NCBI GenBank assembly: GCA_963815195.1
Contig: CAWFGE010000023.1
Coordinates: forward strand, 384,001-448,000
Reading direction: 5' to 3'
From: an uncultured Planctomycetaceae bacterium
GTDB taxonomy: Bacteria; Planctomycetota; Planctomycetia; Planctomycetales; Planctomycetaceae
Length of the DNA stretch: 64,000 bases
Part shown: positions 53,547 through 64,000 of the stretch, one piece after another
How positions within the stretch are numbered: position 1 is the first letter of the stretch
How the letters are laid out: each line of letters opens with the position of its first letter
Translations under genes and position numbers: made by a program
Notes under the pieces: generated by a model
The model's database searches: none
The model's input: the letters and a program-made list of their open reading frames with translations, nothing else
Told to the model about the DNA's origin: nothing

Positions 53547-53963
53547 ATGGCCTGGTATCAACAGCAGATTCGGTTGCCGGCGTTTTCGCGGGGCTGCCAT
53601 TTGATTACCGAATATGTGGCGGCGATGCCGGAGATTTATGAAATCCGGGTGGGGCTCCTGCATGTGTTTATCCAGCACACCTCGGCGTCGTTGTCTATCA
53701 ACGAGAACGCCGACCCGGATGTGCCGTTGGATTTGGCCTCGTCGCTCGATGCGATCGCCCCGGAGGACTTTCCGTACCGCCACACCTGCGAAGGCCCGGA
53801 CGACATGCCCGCCCACGTGAAAGCCTCGCTGATGGGCAGCTCGGTCACGATCCCCGTTACAGACGGCCGCTTGTGTTTGGGCACCTGGCAAGGCATTTAT
53901 CTGTGCGAGCACCGCAACCACGGCGGCCCGCGGAAATTGGTGCTCACGCTCCAAGGCGAATGA
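53547..53963 (+). CDS. yjbQ: YjbQ/UPF0047 family protein
   Basis: QHTSASLSINENADPDV, EGPDDMPAHVK, LGTWQGIYLCEHR. Confidence 0.95.
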   Translation: MAWYQQQIRLPAFSRGCHLITEYVAAMPEIYEIRVGLLHVFIQHTSASLSINENADPDVPLDLASSLDAIAPEDFPYRHTCEGPDDMPAHVKASLMGSSVTIPVTDGRLCLGTWQGIYLCEHRNHGGPRKLVLTLQGE

Positions 53964-54243
53964 ATATGAGGATAGAGGTTGGAGGGCGGAGGTTAGATTT
54001 CTTCTCCGCTATCCTGCAACTTCCAATCTCTAATCTCATTCCCAATCTCCGACCGACGGCCTCGGAATTAGGAGGGCGGAGCCGAGTAGCCAAGTGGGGT
54101 CCGCTGTGCGGAGCGTTGGGTTTGTCTGCAATGGCGTAAAGGATTTGCAGGATCGTGCGCATTGATGCATGTTCCCTACCGCCACGCAACAAAAACCGTC
54201 CTACTTCACTGTAGGGCATAGGTCCGGCTCCTCCCGCCGGCGC

Positions 54244-54330
54244 TTATTTCAATTTGCGGATCACGCGCATCGGCAGGAAGAGATGGTGTGGATCATCGTC
54301 GAGCGGAACGAAGCCATATTAGAGATAAAA
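54244..54330 (-). pseudogene. 3' fragment of a GNAT-family (TacT/AtaT-like) toxin gene
   Basis: Reads FYL*YGFVPLDDDPHHLFLPMRVIRKLK*, with an internal stop. Confidence 0.65.
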
Positions 54331-54541
54331 CGGTTCTTCCGGCGAATGAGGGGGGCAACGACGACGGTGTTAAAGAATATCTTGTGTGCTCTTTCACCTC
54401 CCCAAACGGACATCTATCGCGGACCCAAAAACCAGTATGGAAAGATCGCCGGCGTTCTCGCGGAGTTCATGAAACTCCTGGGAGCGACGATCGAACACGG
54501 ACGCGGGCGGCGCATTCGAGGACAGGCCGAGCCGCGTCTTG

Positions 54542-55489
54542 TCAGGCGGTTCTGGATGATGCCACATCCACGCGGCCGCAGAGGGGTTCCAGGATTCGGC
54601 GGACCTTTTCGCGTTCCGGGGCTTTGAAGCGGTGAAACGGCTCCGCCATGAAGTCGTCGCAAATCTCCAAGAGCGACAGCGCGCACTTGGTGGCTTTGAT
54701 GAACCGGGACGCGTACTTGCCGATGTCATAAATCCGCTGGAGTTCCAGGATGTGCTCGCGGAGAACTGCCACGCGATCGGCATTCGCGCCGGCGGCGGCT
54801 TCGTAACATTGCACGAACAGCTTGGGAAAAATGTTGGCTCCGCCCGCGACGCCGCCGTCGCCGCCGAGCGCGACAGCTTCGGGCAGGAGGTGTTCGGGAC
54901 CGATCATCATCGACCAGTCCGGGCGTTCGGCCTTGAGCAGTAACAACCGTTTGAAATAGTCCAAATCCCCGCCGCTGTCTTTGACGCCGACGATCTGAGG
55001 CAACGCGGCGAGTTCCTTCAGCGTGTCCCATTCGAACCAGACTTTCGTCAGGCTGGGCATGTTGTAGAGCATCAAAGGCAAGGGCAATTCCAGGGCGATG
55101 TGCTCGATGTAGCACCTGAGTTCCGTCTGCCCCGCCGGGAAATAATAAGGCGTGGACAAGACGACCGCGGCCGCCCCGGCGTCGGCGGCGACCTCGGCAA
55201 GATGCACCGATTCCACGAACGCTGTGTCCGTGATACCCACAAGCACGGGCACCCGCTGTTGAACCAACTCGCAGACCCGCCCGATGAGATCGCACCGCAG
55301 GCGGTAGCTCAAACTCGGCGCTTCACCCGTGGTGCCCAAAATGAACAACCCCGAAACGCCGCCCCCCAACACGTGTTCGATCAGCCGTTCCAAGCCGGCT
55401 TCGTCGAGCGCATCGCGATCGGTCAACGGCGTCACCAGCGGAGGGATCACCCCCCGAAACAAGGGCTTTGGATTTGGTTCGTGACTCAC
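54542..55489 (-). CDS. Dihydrodipicolinate synthase/N-acetylneuraminate lyase family aldolase
   Basis: [27 protein letters not shown]. Confidence 0.92.
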   Translation of the reverse strand: MSHEPNPKPLFRGVIPPLVTPLTDRDALDEAGLERLIEHVLGGGVSGLFILGTTGEAPSLSYRLRCDLIGRVCELVQQRVPVLVGITDTAFVESVHLAEVAADAGAAAVVLSTPYYFPAGQTELRCYIEHIALELPLPLMLYNMPSLTKVWFEWDTLKELAALPQIVGVKDSGGDLDYFKRLLLLKAERPDWSMMIGPEHLLPEAVALGGDGGVAGGANIFPKLFVQCYEAAAGANADRVAVLREHILELQRIYDIGKYASRFIKATKCALSLLEICDDFMAEPFHRFKAPEREKVRRILEPLCGRVDVASSRTA

Positions 55490-55689
55490 GGCGGCGAACT
55501 TTCTAGTGCTTGACAGAGGGAGAGAGGACGACCATCATCCTAAGAAGTGAGCCATGCCACGCATGGCCGGCGGCTATGCCCGAGCCGCTCACTTTTGGTT
55601 TGGCCTTTCAATGTAAGGTCCGAAAACCCGGTTCGACAAGTCCCAATCGTCCGACCGGCCGGTTCCCGCATCAAAAGGAACACGCTCTG

Positions 55690-57145
55690 ATGTTATCTCG
55701 CATCTTCGTTCTGTTCGGCACAATCGGACTATTTCTCCTCGCCGCGATTGCCCAGGCCGACGAGCGGCCCAACGTCTTGTTTATCGCCGTGGACGACATG
55801 CGGGTGGAATTGGGATGTTACGGCGATACTTACGTGCAATCGCCCCACATCGACCGCCTCGCGTCCGAGGGGACGCTGTTTAACCGGGCCTACTGCCAGC
55901 AGGCGGTGTGCAATCCATCGCGGGCTTCGCTGCTGACGGGGCTCCGATTGGATACGATCGACATTTGGGATCTGCCCACGCACTTTCGCGAGCATCGTCC
56001 CGACGTCGTCACGCTTGCCGCAGTTGTTCAAGCAGCAGGGCTACTTCACGCAGAACATCGGCAAGATTTTCCACAACTGGCGGCAGGATGCTTACAAAGG
56101 CGATCCTGCTTCGTGGAGCGTGCCCGCGGTGATGCACTACAACAGCCACGGCAACGACAAAGCCCAGGTCAAAGGCCCGTTGCCGCCCGATCTCGCCGGC
56201 GTTCCCCGTTGCGAAATGCGGGACGTGCCGGACGAGGCTTATTTCGACGGCCGGATTGCCGAGAAAGCGATGGACGCCTTGCGGACATTCAAAGCCGACA
56301 ATCGGCCGTTCTTTTTAGCCGTCGGTTTTTGGAAGCCCCATGCCCAGTTCAATCCGCCGAAGAAGTATTGGGATCTCTACAAGCGGGAGGACATCAAGCC
56401 GCCGGCGAATCCCGATCCGCCGGCGAACGTGCCCGCGATGGCGCTCCATGACAGCCGGGAGATTTGCCGGGGGTTCAAAGATCGGCCGGGCGGAAAACCC
56501 ACCGCCCAGGACGCGCAGGTGCTTCGGCACGGTTACTACGCGGCCATCAGTTATGTCGATGCCCAGGTCGGCAAGGTGATCGAGGAATTGGGCCGTTTGG
56601 GCCTGCGGAAGAACACGATCGTCGTCTTCTGGTCCGATCATGGCTACCACCTGGGCGAGCACGGCCTGTGGGCGAAGACTTCGAACTTTGAACTCGACGC
56701 CCGCGTGCCGCTGATCATCAGCACGCCCAATCACAAACCGGGACAGCGGAGCGATTCGCTCGTGGAGTTATTGGATCTGTATCCCACGCTGGCGGACCTG
56801 TGCGGGTTAAGGGCTCCCAACGATCTGGAAGGCAAAAGCCTGAAGCCGATCTTGGAAGACCCCGGAGCCCAGGTAAAACAGGCGGCCCTCACGCAGCACG
56901 GCCGGCCCGCCTATCCTGCCGCCGGCGAAAACCCGGAGGCGATGGGCTATTCCCTCCGCACCGACCGCTATCGCTACACCGAATGGCGCGAGTTTCGCGG
57001 CAAGAAAATCCTGGCCCGCGAACTCTACGACCATCAAACCGATCCCCGCGAGACAAAAAACCTCGCGGACCAACGCGACCGCCGAGCCGTCATCGAGCAA
57101 CTGCACCGGCAGTTGTCGGAGATTGTCGATCGCAAGCTTAAGTGA
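55690..57145 (+). CDS. Sulfatase (iduronate-2-sulfatase-like), frameshifted near 56014
   Basis: [37 protein letters not shown]. Confidence 0.9.
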
Positions 57146-57359
57146 TCTCTTTCATCGGGCGGATTGTGGGAGCGGGGAGTTCGCGGCCCGAGTTTTGGAA
57201 ATCGTCGATCACTTCTTCCAAAACTTCTTCCAACTCTCGATAAACCTGCACCGGATCGTCGCCGTGAATTCCGGTGATCAGATCCGGGCACTTGCCGATA
57301 TAGACCTGCTCTTCCTCGCTCCATTCGACCCATTTGTGGTACTGGTCGATCGTCTTCAC
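57138..57359 (-). CDS. hicB: HicB-family antitoxin
   Basis: [17 protein letters not shown]...HGDD...GRELPAP; overlaps the hicA stop. Confidence 0.85.
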   Translation of the reverse strand: MKTIDQYHKWVEWSEEEQVYIGKCPDLITGIHGDDPVQVYRELEEVLEEVIDDFQNSGRELPAPTIRPMKEIT

Positions 57360-57559
57360 TCTTGAACCTCTTGTATCGCCTGTTTGACCTGTTTTTCCTG
57401 ATAGTGCTTTGCGTCATCGCCATCTTTACCGCTGAGGGTCACGGCCCGCGGATAATCTCGGTGAGTGAATTTCCGGTGCGAGCCCTTGCCCGCACCGGAA
57501 ATCTGCTTAAAACCCGCATCCTCCAAATCTTTGACCAGTTCTCGAATCTTCCTGGCCAT
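57356..57559 (-). CDS. hicA: HicA-family mRNA interferase toxin
   Basis: KIRELVKDLEDAGF...GKGSHRKFTH. Confidence 0.92.
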   Translation of the reverse strand: MARKIRELVKDLEDAGFKQISGAGKGSHRKFTHRDYPRAVTLSGKDGDDAKHYQEKQVKQAIQEVQE

Positions 57560-57631
57560 CTAAGTTTCCCCTGACGAACCGGCAATTCTCTGTCGTCGGT
57601 TATTTGACTTTATCTTCCGCAATTATCCGGA

Positions 57632-58213
57632 TCAATCTTCCTCCATTTCCCGGCGGCGCGGGCGGCGGGATTGCGGGGGCGGGCGTCTTCGGCGGCGGGG
57701 CGTTTCGTCCCAGTCGTCGCGGTCGTCGTGTTCCCGCGGTCGCCTGCGGCGGCGGGGCGGGCGATCGTAGTCGTCCTCTTCCTCATCGTAATCCACTTCC
57801 GCCTCGCGAAGCGGGCCGCCGCTCGCCAGGTTGAGAATTCCGCCCACGATCATCACCACGCTCGATCCCAGCGCGAGCCAGGCCCCCGCGCCGATTCCCG
57901 TGGGAATGTGTCGACCGGAGACAATCACCGGCTCGCTGTTATAGAGGATGAAATACAGCGTTAATCCGGAAGAGAGAACGCAAAGCACCAACTGGACGAT
58001 GCCCAGGGCGAGCCAACCCCGCCCCGAGATCCAAACCGCGGCCAGGAGCCCTATCGCCAGCAGCATGCAAACCACCGCCGCCACGGATTCCGCACCTTGC
58101 CAGCCGTTTTCCTCCAAGGGAAATTCGCCCGCACCCCAGAACCAGGTGAGAAAGGAGGCCAGCAAAACGCCCGCCCCGCCGACGATCGAAACAATTCGGC
58201 CCGCCAGAAGCAT
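57632..58213 (-). CDS. Membrane protein with acidic/Arg-rich low-complexity tail
   Basis: Four hydrophobic segments, then [18 protein letters not shown] repeats. Confidence 0.7.
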   Translation of the reverse strand: MLLAGRIVSIVGGAGVLLASFLTWFWGAGEFPLEENGWQGAESVAAVVCMLLAIGLLAAVWISGRGWLALGIVQLVLCVLSSGLTLYFILYNSEPVIVSGRHIPTGIGAGAWLALGSSVVMIVGGILNLASGGPLREAEVDYDEEEDDYDRPPRRRRRPREHDDRDDWDETPRRRRRPPPQSRRPRRREMEED

Positions 58214-58327
58214 CACGCGGCTCCAGACCTCAAAAACGAATTGGAACGAAAGCTCTCGCGTTATGTCGATGAACACGTCAACATCCGGATTGTACACCGC
58301 CTGATCGCCGAAACGAAGCGCGAAAAA

Positions 58328-58750
58328 TCATGACTCGCGGCGCGGCGGGCGTTTGGGCGAAAGCGGTTTCTCCTCGCTCAATTCGCTCAACAGCCGGCGG
58401 AGGGAGTCGCATTCGTCGGCGGTGAGGCCGCGGGTCTCGACGAGGTGCATCAACAAAGGCGACAGCGATCCGCCGCACAAATCGTCCGCCGTCGATTGCA
58501 GCCGGCGGCCGATGAGTTCCTCGCGGCTCAGCGTGGCGGTGTAGGTGTGCGGCCAGACGTTCCGGTTCTGCGAAACGCAGCCTTTGCCTTCGAGCCGTTT
58601 GAGGAGCTTTTGGACCGTCGCCAATTCCGACTCGCGAACGGTCTCGTAAAGCTCTTCGGTAATCTCCCGCACCGTCGCCTGCTCGCGTTCCCATAACACT
58701 CGCAGAATCGCAAGCTCGGCATCGGTGACGTGTTGAGGTTTTCGCGGCAT
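58328..58750 (-). CDS. BlaI/MecI/CopY family transcriptional repressor
   Basis: VTDAELAILRVLWE, TVQKLLKRLEGKG, LCGGSLSPLLMHLV. Confidence 0.92.
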   Translation of the reverse strand: MPRKPQHVTDAELAILRVLWEREQATVREITEELYETVRESELATVQKLLKRLEGKGCVSQNRNVWPHTYTATLSREELIGRRLQSTADDLCGGSLSPLLMHLVETRGLTADECDSLRRLLSELSEEKPLSPKRPPRRES

Positions 58751-59078
58751 GAACGGCCCGGATGACAAACAAGAGAGGAGAAGCTTCGGGGAGGTATGGA
58801 TGCAGGAGGCGAGTTTATCCTACCGAAAGGGCAGGTGGATATGCAATTACTCAAACTGTAAGTGGTTGGGTGGCTGGGGCGCAAATCCCCCTTTGAGTAA
58901 AGCTTGAATTGCGAATGCTGGGGCTGTGACGGGCGAGAAAAATCTCACACGGCCCCAGATCTTAAATCGCTTTTTTCCTCGGAACATTCCTTTGCGCCCA
59001 GCCACCCCCTCCACTTTTGGCTTATGGTTTGAGCAATGACAGCAGTGATAGCGAGCTCTCCCCATCTCCCCATTTCGC

Positions 59079-59357
59079 TCAGCCGCCGGAGATCGGGGAC
59101 AGGATCGTCAGCACGTCGCGGTCTTGCAATTCGCGTGAATCATCCCAGCGGATTTGCGAATCGCCCACGAACAGCAGAATCGAAGGATGCAACTGTCCGC
59201 GGCCGTTGAACAAGAGCGCCCGAGCGGCTCGCCGTGCCTGTCGACGATCCGCGCGAGCAGAATCCTGCACGGTGCAGGAGGTGTCGCATTCAAACGTCTC
59301 GCTGGCCCGGCCGGCCGCCCGCTTGATTTGAGCTGCATACTCGACGGTAATCTGCAT
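59079..59357 (-). CDS. moaD: MoaD/ThiS sulfur carrier (short internal frame-shifted stretch)
   Basis: C-terminal LSPISGG; an alternate frame restores LLARIVDRHGEPL in the middle. Confidence 0.85.
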   Translation of the reverse strand: MQITVEYAAQIKRAAGRASETFECDTSCTVQDSARADRRQARRAARALLFNGRGQLHPSILLFVGDSQIRWDDSRELQDRDVLTILSPISGG

Positions 59358-59419
59358 GGTTCTATTTCCTGGATTTCTATGAAAACCGAAGAGGCGAGGC
59401 GGACGAAGCTTCATTCGGG

Positions 59420-59458
59420 CCCCTCACCCTAACCCTCTCCCCCAAGGGGAGAGGGGAC
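59420..59458. repeat. CCCTCACCCTAACCCTCTCCC-type palindromic repeat
   Basis: cccctcaccctaaccctctcccc-aa-ggggagagggg. Confidence 0.7.
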
Positions 59459-59465
59459 CAGAATT

Positions 59466-60324
59466 TCAAAACCCCAGGTTGCGGTCGCCCCAGGTGCGGG
59501 CGATGACGAGCACCGTCACCGCGGCGAGCACCATAATCAAGGACACCGCGACCGCGGCTTCGAGGTTCCCGATACTTAGTTCCAAAAATACGGTTGTGGA
59601 GAGGACCTCCGTTTTGTTCCGCGTGGCCCCGGCGAACACCAGGAGCGGCCCGAACTCGCCCAGCGACCTCGCCCACGCCAGCGTCGCCGCCGTGAGCATA
59701 CCCTGTCCCGCCTCTGGCAACACGACCATCCCGAACGCCTGCGCCCGGGTGCAGCCCAGGGTCAAAGCCACCTGCTCGTGGCGGGGATCGATCTGATCGA
59801 AGGTGTGCCGCATCGTCCGCACGGCGAACGCGGCCGCGACCATGAACTGCGCGAGGATGACCGCGGGGATTTGATAGACCACGCTCCGGCTGATGAGGCT
59901 GAACGGCGGAAATTGAAACAGGATCAACAAACTCAACCCCACCACCAAAGGCGGGAGGACAATGGGAATATCCAGAATCGCATCCATCAGATTCCGGCCG
60001 GGAAAACGATACCGCGACAGCAAATACCCAATCGGCACCGCGACCCACACCGACAAAATCGCCGTCACCGTGCAGGAAATCAGGCTGAGCTTGATCGAGT
60101 ATTGGATCTCCGGCTTCCGCAAGGCGTCCAGCATCGGAGCGACGCGCGCTCCACGCCCCGCTCGAATCGTCCGCCATGACCATATAGGCCACGTCCGCAA
60201 TCATCAGGCCCACGAGCAGGACCACATAGGTCCCGCCGATCACGCCGAGCACCAAAAAGAACGGCACGTCCGAGCCGACTTTGTGCTCGGAGGACATGTC
60301 AGGCTTGACGATCGGGTCAGGCAT
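59466..60324 (-). CDS. modB: Molybdate ABC transporter permease, frameshifted near 60150
   Basis: LDIPIVLPPLVVG, HEQVALTLG (EAA-like), WARSLGEFG. Confidence 0.88.
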
Positions 60325-60357
60325 GTGTCGTCAATAAAACGGGGCGGAAACGGGACG

Positions 60358-61940
60358 CTATTGGGGGAGATCTCGCAAGCGCCAGTTGAAACCGACGGCT
60401 TCGAATTTGTCGCGGGAGCGGGCAATGGCCTGGTACAGCCGGCCCGCGAGGTGCTTTTTCTCGCTGGTCTTGGCGATGCTGTAAGGCTGGATGGCTTTGG
60501 CGCCCGGCGAATGGAGGGGAATGATCTGCAGCTTATCCTTCTCGGCCTGGCAGTCGGTGTTGTAGGCGAGCGTGGCATCCGCGGTCGGGGTGGCGTTGTC
60601 GGAGGCAATGACGCTCGAGAGCAAGAGTGCCGAGGACGTGACTTCCGCCACGATGTTTCTGTTCTTTTCGATCTCGTCGAGAACGCCTTCGTCTTCGAGA
60701 AGCTTTCGCGTCAACACGCCGATCGTGCACTGCTGCGGCTGACCCACGACCAGCCGCACGCCGGGCTTGGCGATGTCTTGGATCGAGCGGATGTTTTTCG
60801 GATTGTCTTTGGGGACGGCGATCACGATGTCGGTGTCCGAAATGTTGATCCCCGGCTGAAACCAGTCCTTGACCGTATTCAGATAATACACGTCGCAGGC
60901 CATAAAGATGTCGGGGAAGCCCCGCTTGGGGTCCTGGTCTTTGATGATCTTCATATCGCCGGTGAGGATTCCGCAGCCGTTGAACTTCGTGTTGACCGTC
61001 ACGCCTTCGCGGATTTGAAACTCCCGGAGGATCGGTTCCAAGGCCCGGCGGTTCACGGAGCCGGCGTAGAACGTGAGTTCGGGATGCTCCTCCCACACAT
61101 CGCCCTCGACGACTTCGAAACCTTTCTCTTCGAACACCTTGAGCCCTTTGTCCCGCGCCGGCGTAGCGGGCGAACTTGAGGGCGGCGGTGGGGTTCTCGG
61201 AGCTGGTCAAAACGCCGATGGTGATGCGGCCCGTGCCTGCGTCGAGTTCTTTGGTGCGGACTGCTTTTAATGTCGGGTATTGGGCGGCGGTGGCGTCCCA
61301 GACGATCGCCGCATCGACGCTGCCGACTTTGACGGCGTTGGCCGTTTCGGGCACGGTGGGCAGAAACACGCCGCCTTTGTTTGTCACGTGTTTCTCCAAC
61401 TTCGTCCCAATGGCCGCTGGCTTTGAGCACTTTCCGCGTCTTGCGGCCGATGGCGGCCTGATCGGGATTGCCGAGGGCCGTGCGGACATCGTCCCGCAGC
61501 AAATCGTCGATGCCTTTGATTTGCTTCGGGTTGTCTTTGGGGACCAGAATCACCGGCCGCATTTTCGCGAGCGGGATGTCTTCTTTCACCAGGTGCCGTT
61601 CCCGGGCGGTTTTGATGTAGCTCTCGTCCGCCGCGAGGTACAAGTCGCCGACGTTCGCAATCCCGAGTTGCTCGAGCAGCGTTTCGGATCCGCCATATTG
61701 CAAGTCGATCCGCACGCCGAATTCTTTTTCGTACTGTTTGGCGATGGGCTCCATCGCCGGCCGGATCCCGGCGGCACAATACAAGCTCAGTTGCCGGGCG
61801 GCGGTTTTCCCGGAATCGGACGCGGGGGCTTCCCGGTCGGCCATGCTGTATAACATCCAGCCCAAAAGGCAGAGCACGACCGCCGAAGCCCCGACCCAGA
61901 CGACCAAACCGTTCATTGCAACGGGACGATTATTCGACAT
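60358..61940 (-). CDS. modA: Molybdate-binding protein with two tandem SBP domains, frameshifted near 61405 and 61160
   Basis: LYCAAGIR...YGGSETLL...GNPDQAAIGR; second domain FYAGSVNR...FNGCGIL...GQPQQCTIG. Confidence 0.8.
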
Positions 61941-62189
61941 GAGGAGATTCCACTGTGAAGTTGTTGAATGCCGCTTCTTTTCATCGTATCCGGTCGGCGG
62001 CAAACTACAACCGCGCCGGCCGCAAGTTAAGGTTTGGCGAAGGGGTCTGATGAACAGAGGTGGATTCCATCGCGTGGCGACAGTTGGCCTCGGTTTCGCG
62101 ATACCGTTCGATTGGCTATGGGTGCGTATTCGAGCGGGTTTGTGTAATCTAATAGATCAACTGATGTTGTTTTTTGGGAGGAGCCACAC

Positions 62190-64000
62190 ATGTTCCAACG
62201 CCTTGCTTCGAACCGTTTCCTGGGATTCCTGTCCGCGATTGGGTTGTGTTTGGGGCTGGGTTCGATGCCGCGCGCCTCGGCGGAGGACTCGCGGCCGAAT
62301 GTGGTCCTGATCATGACCGACAACCACGGGGCGTGGACGCTGGGATGCTACGGAAACAAGGATATTAAGACGCCGAACATCGACCGCCTCGCCGACGAGG
62401 GCACGCTGTTTACGCGGGCGTTTGCGTCGAACCCGGTGTGCTCGCCCACGCGGGCCACTTTTTTAACAGGTCTCATCCCTTCGCAGCATGGCGTGCATTG
62501 CTACCTCACCGCGGGCCGGTTGCAGGTCGGCCCCGAAGCCCGCTCGACGCTGGACCAGGTCACGTCGCTCCCGGAGATTCTCAAAGACGCCGGCTATGCG
62601 TGCGGGCTGGTCGGCAAATGGCATCTGGGCGATAACCTGCATCCGCAAGAGGGCTTTGACGATTATTGGATCACCATGCCCCACGGCGGCACGAGCACGT
62701 TCTATAACGCCCCGATCATCGAGGACGGCAAGATTCGTCAGGAACCGAAATATCTCACCGACTTCTGGACGGACCACGCCGTCCGCTTCATCGAACAGGA
62801 GAAACACAAGCACCAGCCGTTCTTTCTGTTTCTCGCCTACAATGGCCCCTATTCGCTCGGCGGTCTCTTGCTCAAAGACAGCCAAAACCGGCACGCGGCC
62901 TATTATGCCAATAAGGAACTGCCGTCCTTCCCCCGCGAGCCGGCCCACCCTTGGCAACATAACAACCGCGAGTTTATCAATAACCCCACGTCCATTCGCC
63001 GGGTCGCGGCCGAAGTCAGCGGCGTGGACGACGGCGTCGGCCGCGTGATGCAGACGCTCAAACGAAACGGCCTCGATGAAAACACGCTCGTGATCTTCGT
63101 CGCCGATCAAGGTTGGGTCGGCGGGCACGGCGGGTTCTTCGGCATGGGCGACCACACCCGCCCGACCACCGCCCGCGACGGCATGATGCACATCCCCATG
63201 ATCTGGCGGCACCCCAAGAAAATCGCCGCCCATCATCGCTCCGACCTCATGGTCTCCAACTACGACCTTCTGCCCACGCTGCTAAACTATCTCGAGCTTT
63301 CGGACAAGCTCCCGGCGAAGCCGAAATCGCCGGGCCGCGATTTCTCCGCCGCGCTCGCCGGGCGGAACATCCCGGAATGGGACAACCGGGTGTTTTATGA
63401 GTTTGAGACTCTAAGGTGCATCCGCACGGAGGATTGGAAGTACATCCATCGCCATCCCAACGGCCCGCAGGAACTCTATGACCTGAAACACGACAAGGCC
63501 GAGTTCAACAACCTGGCGAATCAGCCGCAGCATGCGGAAAAACGCGACGAGCTGAAGCGGCAGCTGGGCGACTTCTTCGATCGCCATGCCGAGCCCAAAT
63601 ACAACCTCTGGAAAGCCGGCGGATCGCAGACGCGGATTCTGGCGCAGATTGAAAAGGAGATTCCGACCGCCAAAGCCGCCCAGCCGCCGCCGTTGCCTGA
63701 AGGATTTGAAATTCCGAAGATTCACGTGCCCGAGGGTTATACGGTGGAACTCGCGGCCGGTCCGCCTCTGGTCACGCATCCCACGCTCGGGTGTTTTGAC
63801 GACCGCGGCCGATTGTTTATCTGCAACAACGCGGGCTTGAACCTGGGACCCCAAGAGCTGGAAGAGCAACTGCCCAACTCGATCCGCATGCTCGAAGACA
63901 CGGACGGCGACGGCCGCTTCGACCGCTCCACGGTCTTTGCCGACAAGATGACCTACCCCATGGGCGGAGCCTGGCACGATGGGGCGCTCTATGTCGCTTC
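62190..64000 (+). CDS. Sulfatase fused to a PVC-type membrane-bound dehydrogenase/heme-protein beta-propeller (runs off the window)
   Basis: ATG at 62190 after GGAGGAG; PNVVLIMTDNHG, VCSPTRA, GKWHLG; in frame with VPEGYTVELAAGPPLV...LEDTDGDGRFDRSTVFAD. Confidence 0.88.
   Translation, partial: MFQRLASNRFLGFLSAIGLCLGLGSMPRASAEDSRPNVVLIMTDNHGAWTLGCYGNKDIKTPNIDRLADEGTLFTRAFASNPVCSPTRATFLTGLIPSQHGVHCYLTAGRLQVGPEARSTLDQVTSLPEILKDAGYACGLVGKWHLGDNLHPQEGFDDYWITMPHGGTSTFYNAPIIEDGKIRQEPKYLTDFWTDHAVRFIEQEKHKHQPFFLFLAYNGPYSLGGLLLKDSQNRHAAYYANKELPSFPREPAHPWQHNNREFINNPTSIRRVAAEVSGVDDGVGRVMQTLKRNGLDENTLVIFVADQGWVGGHGGFFGMGDHTRPTTARDGMMHIPMIWRHPKKIAAHHRSDLMVSNYDLLPTLLNYLELSDKLPAKPKSPGRDFSAALAGRNIPEWDNRVFYEFETLRCIRTEDWKYIHRHPNGPQELYDLKHDKAEFNNLANQPQHAEKRDELKRQLGDFFDRHAEPKYNLWKAGGSQTRILAQIEKEIPTAKAAQPPPLPEGFEIPKIHVPEGYTVELAAGPPLVTHPTLGCFDDRGRLFICNNAGLNLGPQELEEQLPNSIRMLEDTDGDGRFDRSTVFADKMTYPMGGAWHDGALYVA

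Noticed and set aside
54047..54125. Integron attC-like half site (ggtccgctgtgcggagcgttgggt)
   Set aside because: No matching complementary RYYYAAC arm, box spacing is off, and no integron integrase is present; too weak to call.
61941..62189. Possible Moco riboswitch or ModE box upstream of modA
   Set aside because: No convincing consensus visible by eye; an Infernal/Rfam scan would be needed.

Overview
GC-rich bacterial chromosome segment, very likely Planctomycetota (inferred from DUF1501, LEPR-xLL, DUF4159, PVC-type heme-protein domains and several sulfatases). It is mostly housekeeping and envelope genes: glnS, comM/yifB, pgl-like, galE-like, asd, csrA, pfkA, htrA-like, purE-purK, ubiE-ubiX, yjbQ, dapA-like and modA-modB-moaD. 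Accessory parts are a sulfatase/porin block ending in a complete IS630 element, and a hicAB pair. About ten single-base frameshifts in otherwise intact genes suggest long-read consensus errors. The most unusual signal is intergenic. At least six families of REP-like palindromes occur, together with a deleted RAYT (REP-associated tyrosine transposase) element bounded by ~60-bp inverted repeats, a REP doublet flanked by a 35-bp duplication of the comM 3' end, a 5x40-bp REP array, and a repeat-bounded cargo gene present as a tandem full plus in-frame-deleted copy. Together these suggest an active repeat-mediated mini-cassette system (inference). No CRISPR array, rRNA or tRNA was recognised. All family calls come from motif recognition by eye, not database searches.
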